Assembly: GCA_045837725.1 (NCBI GenBank)
Contig: JBEWZL010000239.1
Span: 310,001-374,000 of the forward strand
From: Vermamoeba vermiformis
Lineage: Eukaryota
Direction: 5' to 3'
Length of the DNA stretch: 64,000 nt
A model generated the notes under the pieces. That model saw only the letters and a list, made by a program, of their open reading frames with translations. It did no database searches and was not told the DNA's origin. Position numbers and translations under genes: made by a program. The stretch's first letter is position 1, and every line of letters starts with the position of its first letter. Shown here piece by piece: positions 12,801-24,900 of the stretch.

Positions 12801-14828
12801 ATGGTACGTTAATCTGCGGCTGCATGTTCACGTGTTGTTGCTGCTGTAACGCAATACTATTAGCCTCGAGTATTATATTAATGTAAGTACTTACAGCAAA
12901 GAAATCTTGTGAGCCAGAGAGCGGTGCTTGTTGGAATTGGTTCGCGCCAGCAAAGAAATCATCGTCGTTCAAAAACGGATTCGTGGCACTAACTTGCAAC
13001 GGCTGAGGAGTCGGAGCGGCATGATGATGGCCGTTCTGGTCTTGCCAGTCAAGCATATCGAACAAGTTTCTATATTTATGAGCGTTGTTAATTTCGAGAT
13101 CAGATTTTCTTGGATGCGCAAAGGCTTACCCTTGAGAACCAGGACGCTTGTGGCTCGGTGCGTCGGGTTTCTTAAATTCAGCATTCCTTGAATTGCGATT
13201 TTTCTTGGGATTTTTGCGCACGTAAGTCTTGCCTTGAATTGCTGCTACGCGCTCCAAGACATCAAAAACATCAGGTCTTTCATCGGGATCCGCAACGAGC
13301 ATATATTCTATTTAAACGACATGTAAATAATATGCACATCATTAAATCAGTTATTGCTAGTATTTTGCGCGACTTACTAATCATCGAGATCAATTCGTTG
13401 GAGAAGCGAGGGGTGTCAGGAAAATCGACTTTAACGTTCAAAATTTTCAATCGCCCACCGTCTTCGAATGGAGTGACAAAATAAGCGAGTTTGTATAAGA
13501 TACAGCCGAGTGCCCACACATCCGCTTTTTCATCGATCCATTTTTCCATGTAAAGGTCAACCATTTCAGGTGATCGATAAGCCATGGTAGTATGACTATA
13601 AAATTGATTCCATAGTTAGATAATTAGAAGTAGCGAAAGAATTAAAATTAAATGAAGACTACATCCGAGAAAGAATCATTACCGTTCGATATCATCAGTG
13701 ATTTTGGAGCGCTCTCGCTCATTTCCTGGAAATAAACCGCCGACCATCGCACTACCGAAATCGCAGAGCTTTAGAACGCGATTGGCTGAGATCAGCACGT
13801 TTTCGACTTTGAGATCTGAAATGTCAAGCAGTCATTATAAATAATTCAACTGAAAAGTAATTATATATTGATCTACCTCTATGAACGATAGCAGGATTTT
13901 GCGAGTGCATGTGCGCAACAGCGTGGCAGATCTGTTCAAAGTGACTCCAAATTTCAGGCTCAGTGAATCTATTATTGAATCGCTCGTTCATCAAATCAAC
14001 CAAGCTGCCGCCTATTATAATAATATTAGTAATATGCGCATTAGTATATTTATATAAGGCCGTACTAGAGCACACAAATGAATGCTTCGAAAACTAAAAT
14101 TCCACCGGCACAAAAATTTATCCGATGATGCGAATTATATCTGATAAGCGAGCATAATATTACCTGTACAAAGCTCCATAACAATAAATGCTTCATTGCC
14201 GTGCTTGTTTTTTGAAATTTCGGCATCTATGACGCGAATGATATTCTCATGAGGCGGAATAAGAGCGGTCTGGTATAAATTATATTAATATAGCACTATA
14301 ATTATTTTTGCGCTATTATGGAGGAATAATCATATTTTTGCGTACTCGAAAATAACCGTTTTATGGTTAAATTTACATTGAATTTCAATTGTCACGAAAA
14401 ATAAAAAATAATAAAGCAGAGATTCGCGTTTGCATATTAATAGGAAAATAATATTTTAATAAACGTTAATTATTGGCTTACCATAATCTCGATCTCCTTC
14501 TCTACGTCTTTTAATGCATCTATTGTTTGAATTGTAATTTTTTTCACTGCACAAGCTCTGCCACTGGAGTCTTCAGCCAAATATACATATGCAAATCCAC
14601 CTAAAAGAAAATGTTAATTTTTTTCACGTGCAGATTCGATTTTCAATTAAAACGCAATTAAAAGATTGTCATACCAGTGCCAAGCTGCTTTTGAATGACA
14701 TATTCTTTTCCATTAATTTTGATTTTTTTATTAATCTCGGTAGCTTTCTTGGAGACTTTCTTTACTTCTTTGCCCAACAAATCCGCTCCTTTCTTGAATC
14801 CATCGACGATTTTACCGAAGCGACTCAT
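9827..14828 (-). CDS. NAK-family (AAK1/BIKE/Ark-Prk-like) Ser/Thr kinase fused to ANTH and ArfGAP domains
   Basis: [29 protein letters not shown] and [14 protein letters not shown] (kinase); KAT...[16 protein letters not shown] (ANTH); CAEC-x16-CYRCAGVHR (ArfGAP). The reading frame stays open across GT-AG junctions between domains. Confidence 0.8.
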
Positions 14829-15240
14829 GTTTAATATCGTTGACTATATTTCGTATTAGTAGAGCATGCGATATGAATAGTCGGTTAGAAGCAGTTGTTG
14901 TGCTCAGTCTCTTTGAAATTCGGTTATTTTACAACTTAACAACGTTGCATGACACAACGATTTCCTCAGGCTCGTAATGCGGAGTTATAGACGCCAATAT
15001 TTAATCCGTGGACATGGGAACACAGCCCAACTTAACAGAAATAGCAAACGTAAATTAATTGAAAATTTCGATCACCAGATCTACCCCACCGCGACAGCAT
15101 TGGCAACACTTCTTGTTGACTGATGCATATTCACGTTAGTTTACAATTGTTTGTTGCGGCATCTTCACAAAGTCGTTCGGGTTGTGGCAGGCTGCCTTAT
15201 TTTTGTTTGCCATCCACAGCATCAGCACAACTCGCGAAAC

Positions 15241-15970
15241 ATGGAGCCCAGTGCTGAAATTAAAATAGTTGACAAATATTACACGCGATATTATGTGCCT
15301 AGTAAGTTATCTAACAACTGTGTATGACGGAGAGGACGTCAATTAAATTTTTGCTAACCGTATTTTAAGATGTCGGTCAAAAAGAGCATGAAGATCAATA
15401 TGTATATGAACATCCTAATAGGTAGGCAATTTTACCGATTTTATTAAAATATCTGCGATTTTTTTCAGATTCGATTTTCTAATAACGTTTCTATCGCTTA
15501 GTTTGTTAATTGTTGGCGTTGCCTCGACACACAAAATGTTTCAAAATAGAAAAGTAGTCAAAATAGACTTCAACGTTTCAAAACAAGACAGATCGAAGTC
15601 AGTAGTCAAAGGGAAACGAAAAAAAGGCGGCATCATCTTGAAGCCCGATTCTTACTTGGCCCAAATAACATGTGACGATGGCACTGAATATATGTTGAGG
15701 GCTTGTGTCCCTGGCACCCTGTTAGAAGTCAACGAACGGTTGATCCAACAGCCTGATCTCTTGATGACAAAATCAGCCAGTGAAGCCTTCGTAGCCATTA
15801 TTATGCCGGGAAATAAGGACAAAGACAAGGTGAAGGAGCTGTTACAGCAGTATTTGCGAAAAGAAGCGTTTACAGCTTTGCGAAATGGTACCCAGATCCC
15901 ATCCGATCAAAACCAAAATATAGCCACGACGAATAATAATGATGTTATGGATACTGAAAAATCTAATTAA
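15241..15970 (+). CDS. ABITRAM: ABITRAM/FAM206A (Simiate)-like protein, 3 exons
   Basis: VDKYYTRYY, DQYVYEHPN.LLIVGVA..H, VVKGKRKKGG and RACVPGTLLEVNERL. Confidence 0.85.
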
Positions 15971-16042
15971 TGTAAATAAAATAAATTGTACATATTAGCA
16001 CGATTTTAGTACCATCTGACTGTCGATCGGATGCGATCGAGC

Positions 16043-16050
16043 AAAAAAAA
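16043..16050 (-). terminator. Oligo-T (T8) Pol III-type terminator
   Basis: A8 on the + strand directly abuts the 3' arm of the terminal stem (CAACATCAC-TTTTTTTT on minus). Confidence 0.55.
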
Positions 16051-16362
16051 GTGATGTTGCCTGCATGGTTCGACTCACTTTTCATTAACAACTAGTATTT
16101 CTAGCAAGTACTGAGGGATATGCAGTCACTCGAAGAGGAATCAACATCACAACAAGCACTGAGTCGTAGCACATCCGTTTTGGTTTCCCTCGACGGATGT
16201 ACTCTTCTGAGTTGCTGAATGGACTCAACAATCCAAGTTATTGTTGAACGCTGCGAAGGGAATTTGGCGAAATTAAGAACCGCCACTAGGACGGCACGCT
16301 TCCCGTGCCACGCCGAGTACTAGCCATCCCTTGAGGAGGACGACAAGCCTCACGTTCAATAG
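16043..16362 (-). ncRNA. Unassigned structured ncRNA of about 310 nt, probably a Pol III/snRNA-type transcription unit
   Basis: Many nested helices whose G-U pairs favour the minus strand; T8 run right after the 3' closing stem; upstream TCCCACAA at about -65; lies in the gap between two convergent genes. Confidence 0.7.
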
Positions 16363-16417
16363 CTACATTGTTACGAGCGGATCTGTTATTTTGGCGGTAA
16401 AAAGAAGCGTTTTTTTG

Positions 16418-16425
16418 TTGTGGGA
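16418..16425 (-). promoter_or_regulatory. DUSE-like upstream sequence element (TCCCACAA)
   Basis: Matches the Dictyostelium WCCCAYAA element at the expected spacing of about 60-65 nt from the predicted RNA 5' end. Confidence 0.6.
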
Positions 16426-16622
16426 AAAAGGAACAGTCCTGACAGGCAGAAAAGTACAAGAGAGTTCTTGATCTGCAAGTAAAATACACCCAACGAAGGG
16501 GTAGTTTAATTTTTATACAAGAGATTGAGTTTAAATTAATTACAAATGCTCCAGCTCGTTGCAAATTTTTGACAACGGTTGGATCTGATCGTCAAGATCG
16601 CAAATTGGATCTACCTGCTCTG

Positions 16623-17181
16623 TTATTTAGCGGACTTCGAGGTCTCGTCTTCGTCCATGGCTTCATCGTCTTCTTGTGGTGGAGGAGCACCGCAGGGGGC
16701 ATACATTTTCTGGATTTGAGATTAGCAATCCGGATCGGCCAGTTATCGAATAATAATTAAAGCGCATTGACTTACGTTTAAAAATTGGAATTTTAGCTTA
16801 GCGGTAGGCTCATTAAGAGCAGTAGCAAAATATTGCATCAAGCCGTGGTGACCAACGTACGACGAATACGTGTCTCGTTGAATATTTACTCCCCATTCAC
16901 TAAAATTAGTAAAAAAATATTAGTATTAATATATTATTACAATAACAATATTTATAATAGTACAGGCGCGAAATGAAGCCGTATAATAAATTACAAAAAT
17001 TTTATCAAAACCAGAAAAAAATTGGCTTGTAATTTATCGCTTAAAAAATCATATGTAGTGTGGTGATATCAAAATATTTTTCTTACAATTTATTCGTGTC
17101 AGCGTGGCCAGTACCGACATATTTCATCTGCAGATGCTCAAGTTGCGAATGCAATGTATCCTTTCCTTCTCGTGCGCTCAT
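16623..17181 (-). CDS. SF3B5: Splicing factor 3B subunit 5 (SF3b10), 3 exons; absent from the ORF track
   Basis: HSQLEHLQMKYVGTGHADTNKFEWGVNIQRDTYSSYVGH...PCGAPP, assembled by hand. Confidence 0.95.
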
Positions 17182-17454
17182 TTTCGCAACTTATTACTAT
17201 ATTATAATTGACTAAGATTGGATTCTTCTCGTGTATCAAACAGAACGCCAACAAAAAGTAAAATTTCGCCAAGCACTTTCTTTAAGGAGCCTCATCCGCT
17301 TATCGTGTTTTTTGAGGTTCAATAACCGCTTCCATATATTAATTCAGCTTAGATCATAGCATTGTTTAGGTTAGACAACTTAATGCCGATAGTTTCTCCG
17401 TACAGGACCAGCATCGGTTTCTACGTTTATTTACAATTTTATGCGGGAGTTTCC

Positions 17455-18846
17455 TTAAGATAGTGTTAAAGATTGCATATCTGGCACTTCTACTATCGTT
17501 GGTGCATCTTCATCGTCTTCGAACTCTGCAATGCTGAATGACTGTTTGAACCTGCGATCCACGAACTTCTTGAGCTTAGCTACTTCATTTCTAAGCTTTA
17601 AATCGACATTTTCATCGTCTGTTAGTTCGAAGTAGGCCTAAAATAACGAAATATTAGACACGCTTATGGTAATAGTTTTCGCTACGAGAAGTACTAACCT
17701 TCAACATTTCTCTAATGAAGTTCTTTCCTCCGCCCGATATTTCATCGATAAAAAAGTCTTCAGGCACATCCATTAGCTGAACGAGGAACACCTTGGTAAA
17801 GTTGATGAAGAGATCTGGGTACTTGTTCAACGCTTCGTCGCACTGACACAATATTGAAATCAAGTTCTTCCACGCTTCGAAACTTTCAAATGATTGGCCC
17901 ATTAAGAGCGCCACAAATGCAAATTGGACTTCGCCTAAGATCATTGTCGGATCTCCCTTGTATTCTGTCTCGATCAGTTCTTCCAGCACAAACGACTTAT
18001 CCATATTATATTTCGTTATTAATCTCGGATCTATGGTATTATTATTAGGCGTTTTCTTAGCTGGAATTGTTGAATAATAAGGCTGATGTACTGGCACGAT
18101 TTTCGTCAAATTTTTCAGTAGTTGTTCGTTTGGATTGTTTTCATTTGCAGGCATATTAAATTCTTTTCTATACTTATCTTCTTCTTCTTTCGTCATTGGC
18201 TTTGAAGTTGAATCAATTTTGTGACCAACTGGCTCGAGTTTTTCAAGCACTTTCGGTGTAATAAAACTGACGAGCTCTTGCCACTTATTATAGGTATCAT
18301 ATGAATATGCACCTAAGTATTTATCAAACTCCATATTTCTAACGGCTAGCAAATGGTTGATTAATATTTTGACGTTTTCTTTGCGAAAGCTCCGAAACTT
18401 ACCTTGACTATACGCCTCTACTTCTTGCTCGCTCATCGTAGATTCGTCGTCAAAATCTTCGTTCTCTTTATTCCATCGTCGAATTATGACCTAAAAGAAG
18501 GCTATAAGAATTTGTTGAACAATGAAGAAGATCGGCTCGGGATCTACTTACTTGTTGGCTTTTTAAATTAGCAAAAAAGCTTGTGCGTGGTGCTGATGCT
18601 CCTCCGTGACGCTCAGAAGCGCTGAAATTATTTTAGTAATTATTCTGTTATTATTAAAATTGAAAATAGTGGATCTTACCTGTAGTAAACAAAATGAACG
18701 CCTGGAGGAATTAATTTTACTCCTTTGAATTTATCTCCGACAATATAAGAATGATTGTCGATGCCAAACTCTGTTCCTTTTGGTACATCCAAGCACAAGA
18801 TCGTTGCAGTGACGTGGATCAGCTTATTTGCATCTTCTTGATTCAT
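17455..18846 (-). CDS. AAR2: U5 snRNP assembly factor AAR2
   Basis: LDVPKGTEFGID, FKGVKLIPPGVHFVYYS, LGAYSY, LGEVQFAFV, FEAWK and C-terminal DDEDAPTIVE. Confidence 0.95.
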
Positions 18847-19120
18847 TTGTTGGCGTTATTGTGTTCTTCAATGTAAGGAAATACAAAATAACTTTAAAAC
18901 TGATCGTGTCTGCAATTTTTGGCCAAAAACGGGCTTTTTCGATCACCTTTCTGTAACCCTTCTTCTACACTATAGTACGCTAGTGTCGTTGGAACCATTT
19001 AGCGCAAACAAAGACGCCGTATTGTAGAGTTTCTTTCCGACGGAACGGTATGAGACACGTGCCTGTTAGAAATAAAAGATTTTGGTTTTTTTTTCCAACC
19101 TCCAATGACACGAGCACAAC

Positions 19121-19923
19121 ATGACGTCTAAGGCTCTTTATTTGTTGTGCGTATTATCAATTGTTGTTACCGTTCTCGGTGGAACATGCGAGTGGAAGAA
19201 CACTTGCTCGCAATGCTCGAGCACTGATGGATGTGGCTGGTGCCCAACCGAAATGGCTTGCATTTCACTTTCAGATAATGCTACATGCAGTTTTTCAATG
19301 AAGGCACCTATATTAACCTGTACGTTATTTTTCTGGAGCGAAATAACGTTTTTACGAAATTAATAATAATTCGTAATATAATTAGGCGCCTGCGAAAAAA
19401 TCACATCGTGCTCAGAATGTGTTGCCTTAACTGAATGTGGGTGGTGCCCGTAAGTATAATAAATATTTAATTGATGCAAATTTATTTATTTTTTCAACCA
19501 GCGACCGATCTTCCTGCATGAGTACTACCGACTTTACTGATTGCCCGGGCACATTTAATTCTATTACATGCAACGTTCCTAATGGTAAGCATGATTTCAA
19601 TAATCTTAATCATGACACCTTGCAACAGATTTGGAACTTTCCTCCGCAATCTGAACTAACCCTTCTTATTTATTTCAGTTCAACATATTGCCGTTATTGT
19701 AGTCAGCGTAGTAGTAGCATTCTTTATCTTGCTTACGGCAATTATTGTCTTGGTTTGTGTTTGCGCATGCAGAGGAACTCGTGGATTGAACACCACTAAA
19801 ACAGTCACCTACGTTCACTATCATAATCAACAGCCTCAAGTTATGGCACCTCCAGTGTATACTAACATCCCTCAATATCACACTATGGTACAACCATCAG
19901 CCCCGACTTACTACCAACAATAA
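19121..19923 (+). CDS. Small type-I membrane protein with two PSI-like Cys repeats and a PPxY tail
   Basis: Signal peptide; CSQC...CGWC and CSEC...CGWC; hydrophobic TM followed by CVCAC; cytoplasmic PPVY. Confidence 0.7.
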
Positions 19924-20058
19924 GAAATTTTGCGAAAAATTGAAAGTAAGTCGAAAGAACTTGTATTGTTAATAGATATATACCCTATTATTTTGCGGAT
20001 TTTGTATAGTTGATATCCGTAATAAAATCAGCTATGTCTTAAAATTACAATTTTATTT

Positions 20059-21493
20059 TTACAATTTACTTCGCGGAGCCGTCGCTGCAGGATCTTCAAT
20101 CGTTGCAGAAATTTTCTTCATGCTATTGTTTTGGATGAACGAATTATAGCAATGATTGATAAAGAAATCTGTTTTGTTGATGTATTCCTCGCGGTACCTG
20201 ACAAAATGTTGAACGTGTTTAGACTCGTCCCATTTCTTAACAAACACTTCAACTCCTCGCGACTTTAAGTGATTAATATAGGTCTCTATAGTCGCATATG
20301 GTGCCTAATACAAAATTAGCGTTATTATCAAGTACTTGAACAAAAAAATTTTTAACTGTCTTACTTGATCGTCATCCGTAGAGTAGAAAAATAAATGAGG
20401 CGCATGAATCTAATATTATATTCATTAATAAGGACTGTATTATGAATGAGCAATGCTTGTACTTACAAATTTCTCGTTGAGTGCGATCCAAAAGTCCTTT
20501 TTATCTGCCTCCCAAATACTACCAAAGAAGAACTCCAATACTAATCGCGTTCCTTCCCAGAAATATTTTATTAGCGGGCCATGTCCTGCTGATAAGTTTT
20601 TGACGCCAATCTTGCCTAAGAACAATGTTAATTTTGCAACACTTCGCGGATCAGTCAAAATTTTTCTTACTGTCAAATTCAACTGGACAAGAGTCGTATA
20701 TAAGACCCATAGTATGCCTTTTAATTAACTTGAATGCCTTGTATCGCGATTCCTAAGCGAAGATATTTAAAATTTGTTTCGTATCAGAAGTGTTTTGACA
20801 GTTTACCTTTCCTTTAGGGATTTGATCATTTTCAGCTCGGTGCAATATCTTCATTATTTGGAAGAAACAAGTTTTTGGCGATCCCGAGAACAAATGATAA
20901 AATACTGGTCTGAATTCGTTGGGTTGAGAATGCGTCGTCAAAAATTTGAATAATTTTAGCAACAAGAACTCGGCGATTTGCTCTGCTTTAGTAGTGATCC
21001 ATCTACGTGATTATTATTAATGGTTTGATCGCAAAATTAATTAGATTCACGTACACTGAAAGTGTCGGGCAGATCAGCACCAAGACATCGCAGTTTCGTT
21101 GATTATAAAGCTGTACGAATTTTTGCATGTGCTTCATTTGCGCGCCTAGCCATCCAAATACTACGACCTAAATAGGTGTTAATAACAGTGGGATCACTCG
21201 GTCTTCGAGAGATATTTTTTATTTTTATGTCCGAAATATTCCGAGTATTTTTAAAGTGATGAAAATACGATAAAATGCTCGGTAGAGGCAGTTGTAATCG
21301 ATTGGAATAATTTCTGATTTTAAATAATTTCAAGTTTTGCGAGCGTGCAGGATCTACAACTTACTACCGGCCTTGGCTCGGAGAAAGTGATATTGCCTTT
21401 ATTAATATTATCATTTTCATCTTGTTTTTGTGCTCGGGCTTCTGCAGCTAATGACTCAGCGTAGTGAAATTGCCATAAATGGGAGAACGCCAT
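20059..21493 (-). CDS. TMEM53/DUF829 family alpha/beta-hydrolase-like protein; start codon uncertain
   Basis: VVVFGWLGAQMKHMQKFVQLY, GLIYDSCP, LFFYSTDD and WDESKHVQHF. Confidence 0.8.
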
Positions 21494-21986
21494 TACCACC
21501 AGCAAAAAGTCGCTCTATATGTATAATGCACGAGATGTTGCTTATTGAGCTCGCGAGAGGTATTAAGAAGTGAATTTCTCTCCTAAACCGACACCAAGTC
21601 GCGCGATAGTTCCAAATTTAGAACTGAATAGAAAATACGCAAGAAAGACGGAAAGCATCAAATTCTAAGCAAAGATCCATTTTTGAATAATAGGTTTAGC
21701 TGCTCGCTTGTTCCAGCCAGATCTAAACTCCAAGAAGCGAGATTTTTGTCAGATTTTTCCGCCATTGTTTTCATTGACCATTGCACTTAAATTGATTATT
21801 GAATACAACAAACGAGATGAATGATATTTAATACTATAATTCCGATACCAAACTAAGGTACGTAGAAAAACTTATTATGCAATCTCGGTTATTTAAACAA
21901 GCTGCCTGATATTTTGTTATAACAACGTGCAAATATTACCGAAAAATATTGGTACTCATATGCAGTTTTGTGTAGGAAGAGGAGTG

Positions 21987-24900
21987 ATGAAGATTACGAG
22001 ATCAAGATGAGCGATCAAAAACACGAGTATCCTGATTTATTAGGAGATTCTTTATCGAACCAAAATTTTCCTCAATCACCTCATGAATATATCCGATCTT
22101 TACCAGGTAAGTAACGTCCAGATGCTCGGTTTCGCTTCCATTTAAAAAAATTCAATTTAATATTTGATTAGTATTGATCGAAATTAAATTTTATAAAGGT
22201 GAATATGCTTAAGCTGTTTGCTTATTCTTTTTGTCTATTTTATTATACGTGATTTTAATGTCTGATCAGGTCGCAATTGGAACGATGAATTTCAACGATT
22301 AATAGAGCAAAGTTTCGATGATACTGAGGCCGAGACACTACGTGCCAAGCAGGTCAGAAAATTATCAAAAGAATTCGCTGAGACTGCCAGTCAAATTGGA
22401 ACCAGTAAGATCCGCAACCAGAAATCATATTAAAAATAATGACCGTTTTATTTTATTTGCAGCTATTATTTCTGAATTATTCGTGCCAAGTTCTCAAAAG
22501 ACAATATTTCCAATGACTAGTTGGGTTGGTGGCATTGCTGGAGGCGAAAAATATGTCAAGGAGGGAATTTTCTTCAAATTCGCTTTGGACGGCAAAGGTA
22601 TTATTCATTATATTATCATTAAATACAGTACCTATCTTAGTGTACCGAAATATATTCAAATTTGTTTTAGACCCACATACATAATTTAAAATAATTTTTT
22701 TCTCAGGGATCTATGGCGGAGACGAGTACATGATGAAGAGCGGAGGTCATGAATTCAAAAGTCTTATGGAGCTCATTGACTGTCGCATTAATGGTTTGCA
22801 CTATCCTTGCATTGTGATTATCGATTACAGAGGATTCAGATTGATCGCTGAAAGTGTGCTACCTCTCGGCCCTGATTCGATTATATATGGGTACGTACAA
22901 ATGTACCATAGTAATGTATTATATTGACTTGTCGGTGTAGATCGTCTGATGGAAGTAAAACGATTCGTACTGATAATGTAGAGCTAAATAAGAGGCTCGA
23001 AAAGGCTGCTCAAGTAAGATTTTTAACGGATGCACGAACACGTTACTAATTAGGAAATAGATTCTTAATTTGGCTCAACATACTGTATGGAACTGGGATA
23101 AGACTGCAAAGGTCACGTTACATATGCCAGTCGATGTTGAGGGTCATTTGGGTCTCGACAACAGATTTTATGTTATTGACACAGCGAGATGTACGTCCTC
23201 CGATCATTTTTGCCTTATTTAGCTCTAATATCATACTTTTGTTTAGTGTTTCCACCGGCGACACCACAAAAGGGGTACGTTGACACGTGCAAGATATTTT
23301 ACGTTGCTAATTATTCATTTGTAGTGTCAAAGGATGTCATTTGTTTAGGCTACTCAGGCCCGAACTAGTGAAAAATAATCCAGTGCCACTATGTCCTGAC
23401 GCCTACTCACGCTTCATTGTTGAAAATCGAGAACAATTCGATAAAGATATTGATGATGCCACCAAGTGCGTAACATAACATTCGCCCAAATGATTTATCG
23501 ATACTAATATCGTTTATTAGTCGCTTATATCAAAAAATCATTCCCGAGTTCGCACAAGAACTGAACGAGTATTACACGAAGAATCAAATATTTCCTGATA
23601 TAGACATGACCGATGAACTGGCCCGAATTGTAACCGAAGCACATCGCAAAGGAATCAATTTGAGATGCTTTGGTGAACTTAGAAAACATGTCAGCGAGGA
23701 CGTGTTGCACTTGAAAGAGTTGATTATGACTGAAATAGTGACACGTGTCATCAAGAACATTATGAGGGCTCACATGCGCAAGCTAGAAACGCCGCAAGAG
23801 TCACGATACAAAAAACTGTTGTTGACTTACTTCAACTTGATGTTCGGATCTACGACTAAGTCGACGGAGTTCTGGCGGTTGTATTTGAAAGAGCGAATTA
23901 ATCACTCGTTCACTGGTGGACTAACGAAAGACGAAATGGATCCGAACTATAACTTGCGCAGGACAATATTAACACGAAGTTTATTCATTGTAAGTATCTC
24001 GTATGATTTTATTTTAAGGTCGATCTAACGTGACATCTGTTTAGCGGCTGCAGAAATTGATTGGCACAAAATTTGAAGACAGTTCTATGGACAAGTTTAA
24101 GATCATGGAGGGAGGGTTGATGTTACTGACGAAAGATCTGAACGAGAAGGATTTGGACAAGATCTATCCGATCGTGAAGTACACTAACCGCATGGCATTT
24201 GAAGAAGGCACGGTGCTGTCACGAAAGGCAGCAAAAGAGACCAAAGGCGAGGCCGACGAGTACTTCAAACAGGCCCAACAGAAGTACAAAGACGCTTTGG
24301 ATATTAAGCCTGACGACTACAGAGGTACAGTACTATTGAAGCCTTCTTAATAAGATAACTAACACGTGCGTGCTTGTAGCTCTGCATAATTGGGCTTTAT
24401 CGCTCATGATTCAGGCCTCGAGAAAGAAGGGCCAAGAAGCTGATGCGCTCTATGATTCAGCGATTGAGAAGCTAAAACAAGCGTTGATCATCAACAAATC
24501 AGACGCACGGGCACATCTCCTTTGGGGCAACATGTTGTTAGATCGATCGAGCAAGTCCTCGGATCTGCGACACTCGTCACAACTCTTGGCTGAATCGAGT
24601 GAACATTATTTGACTTCGTACAAACTCGATCCTAAGCAGTTTGATCTATTGTACAACTGGGGCAATGCACTGCTGTACCGAGGAAAGATCGAGAACGATG
24701 TGACCTTGTACGAACAAGCACTCGAGAAATATGCTATGGCCGTGGAGTTGAAGAAGCAGTCCGTGAATGCGCTGCGAAACTGGGCTGTGTGCATGGCAAA
24801 GTACGCGCGATCATTGTACGCGAAGAGCAAAAGCAATTTTCATATGGCCGACAAGTACTATGAAATGGCTGGTAAGCAACAACACAATGAATTTTTGTTT

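Noticed and set aside
16067-16076. B-box-like GGTTCGACTC on the + strand, suggesting a tRNA or a + strand Pol III gene
   Set aside because: There is no cloverleaf or A-box, a T4 follows almost immediately, and G-U pairing and the DUSE both point to the minus strand.
16140-16230. Hammerhead or hairpin ribozyme in domain II of the RNA
   Set aside because: The CUGANGA/GAAA and hairpin-ribozyme loop consensus sequences are not properly matched.
16101-16760. ORF-track entries 16101-16286, 16286-16564 and 16569-16760
   Set aside because: They have no protein-like features and overlap the structured RNA and the last SF3B5 exon.
21817-21858. Upstream ATGs as the start of the CLU gene
   Set aside because: Both hit stops before the donor site, so this is probably a 5' UTR exon; the start is placed at 21987.
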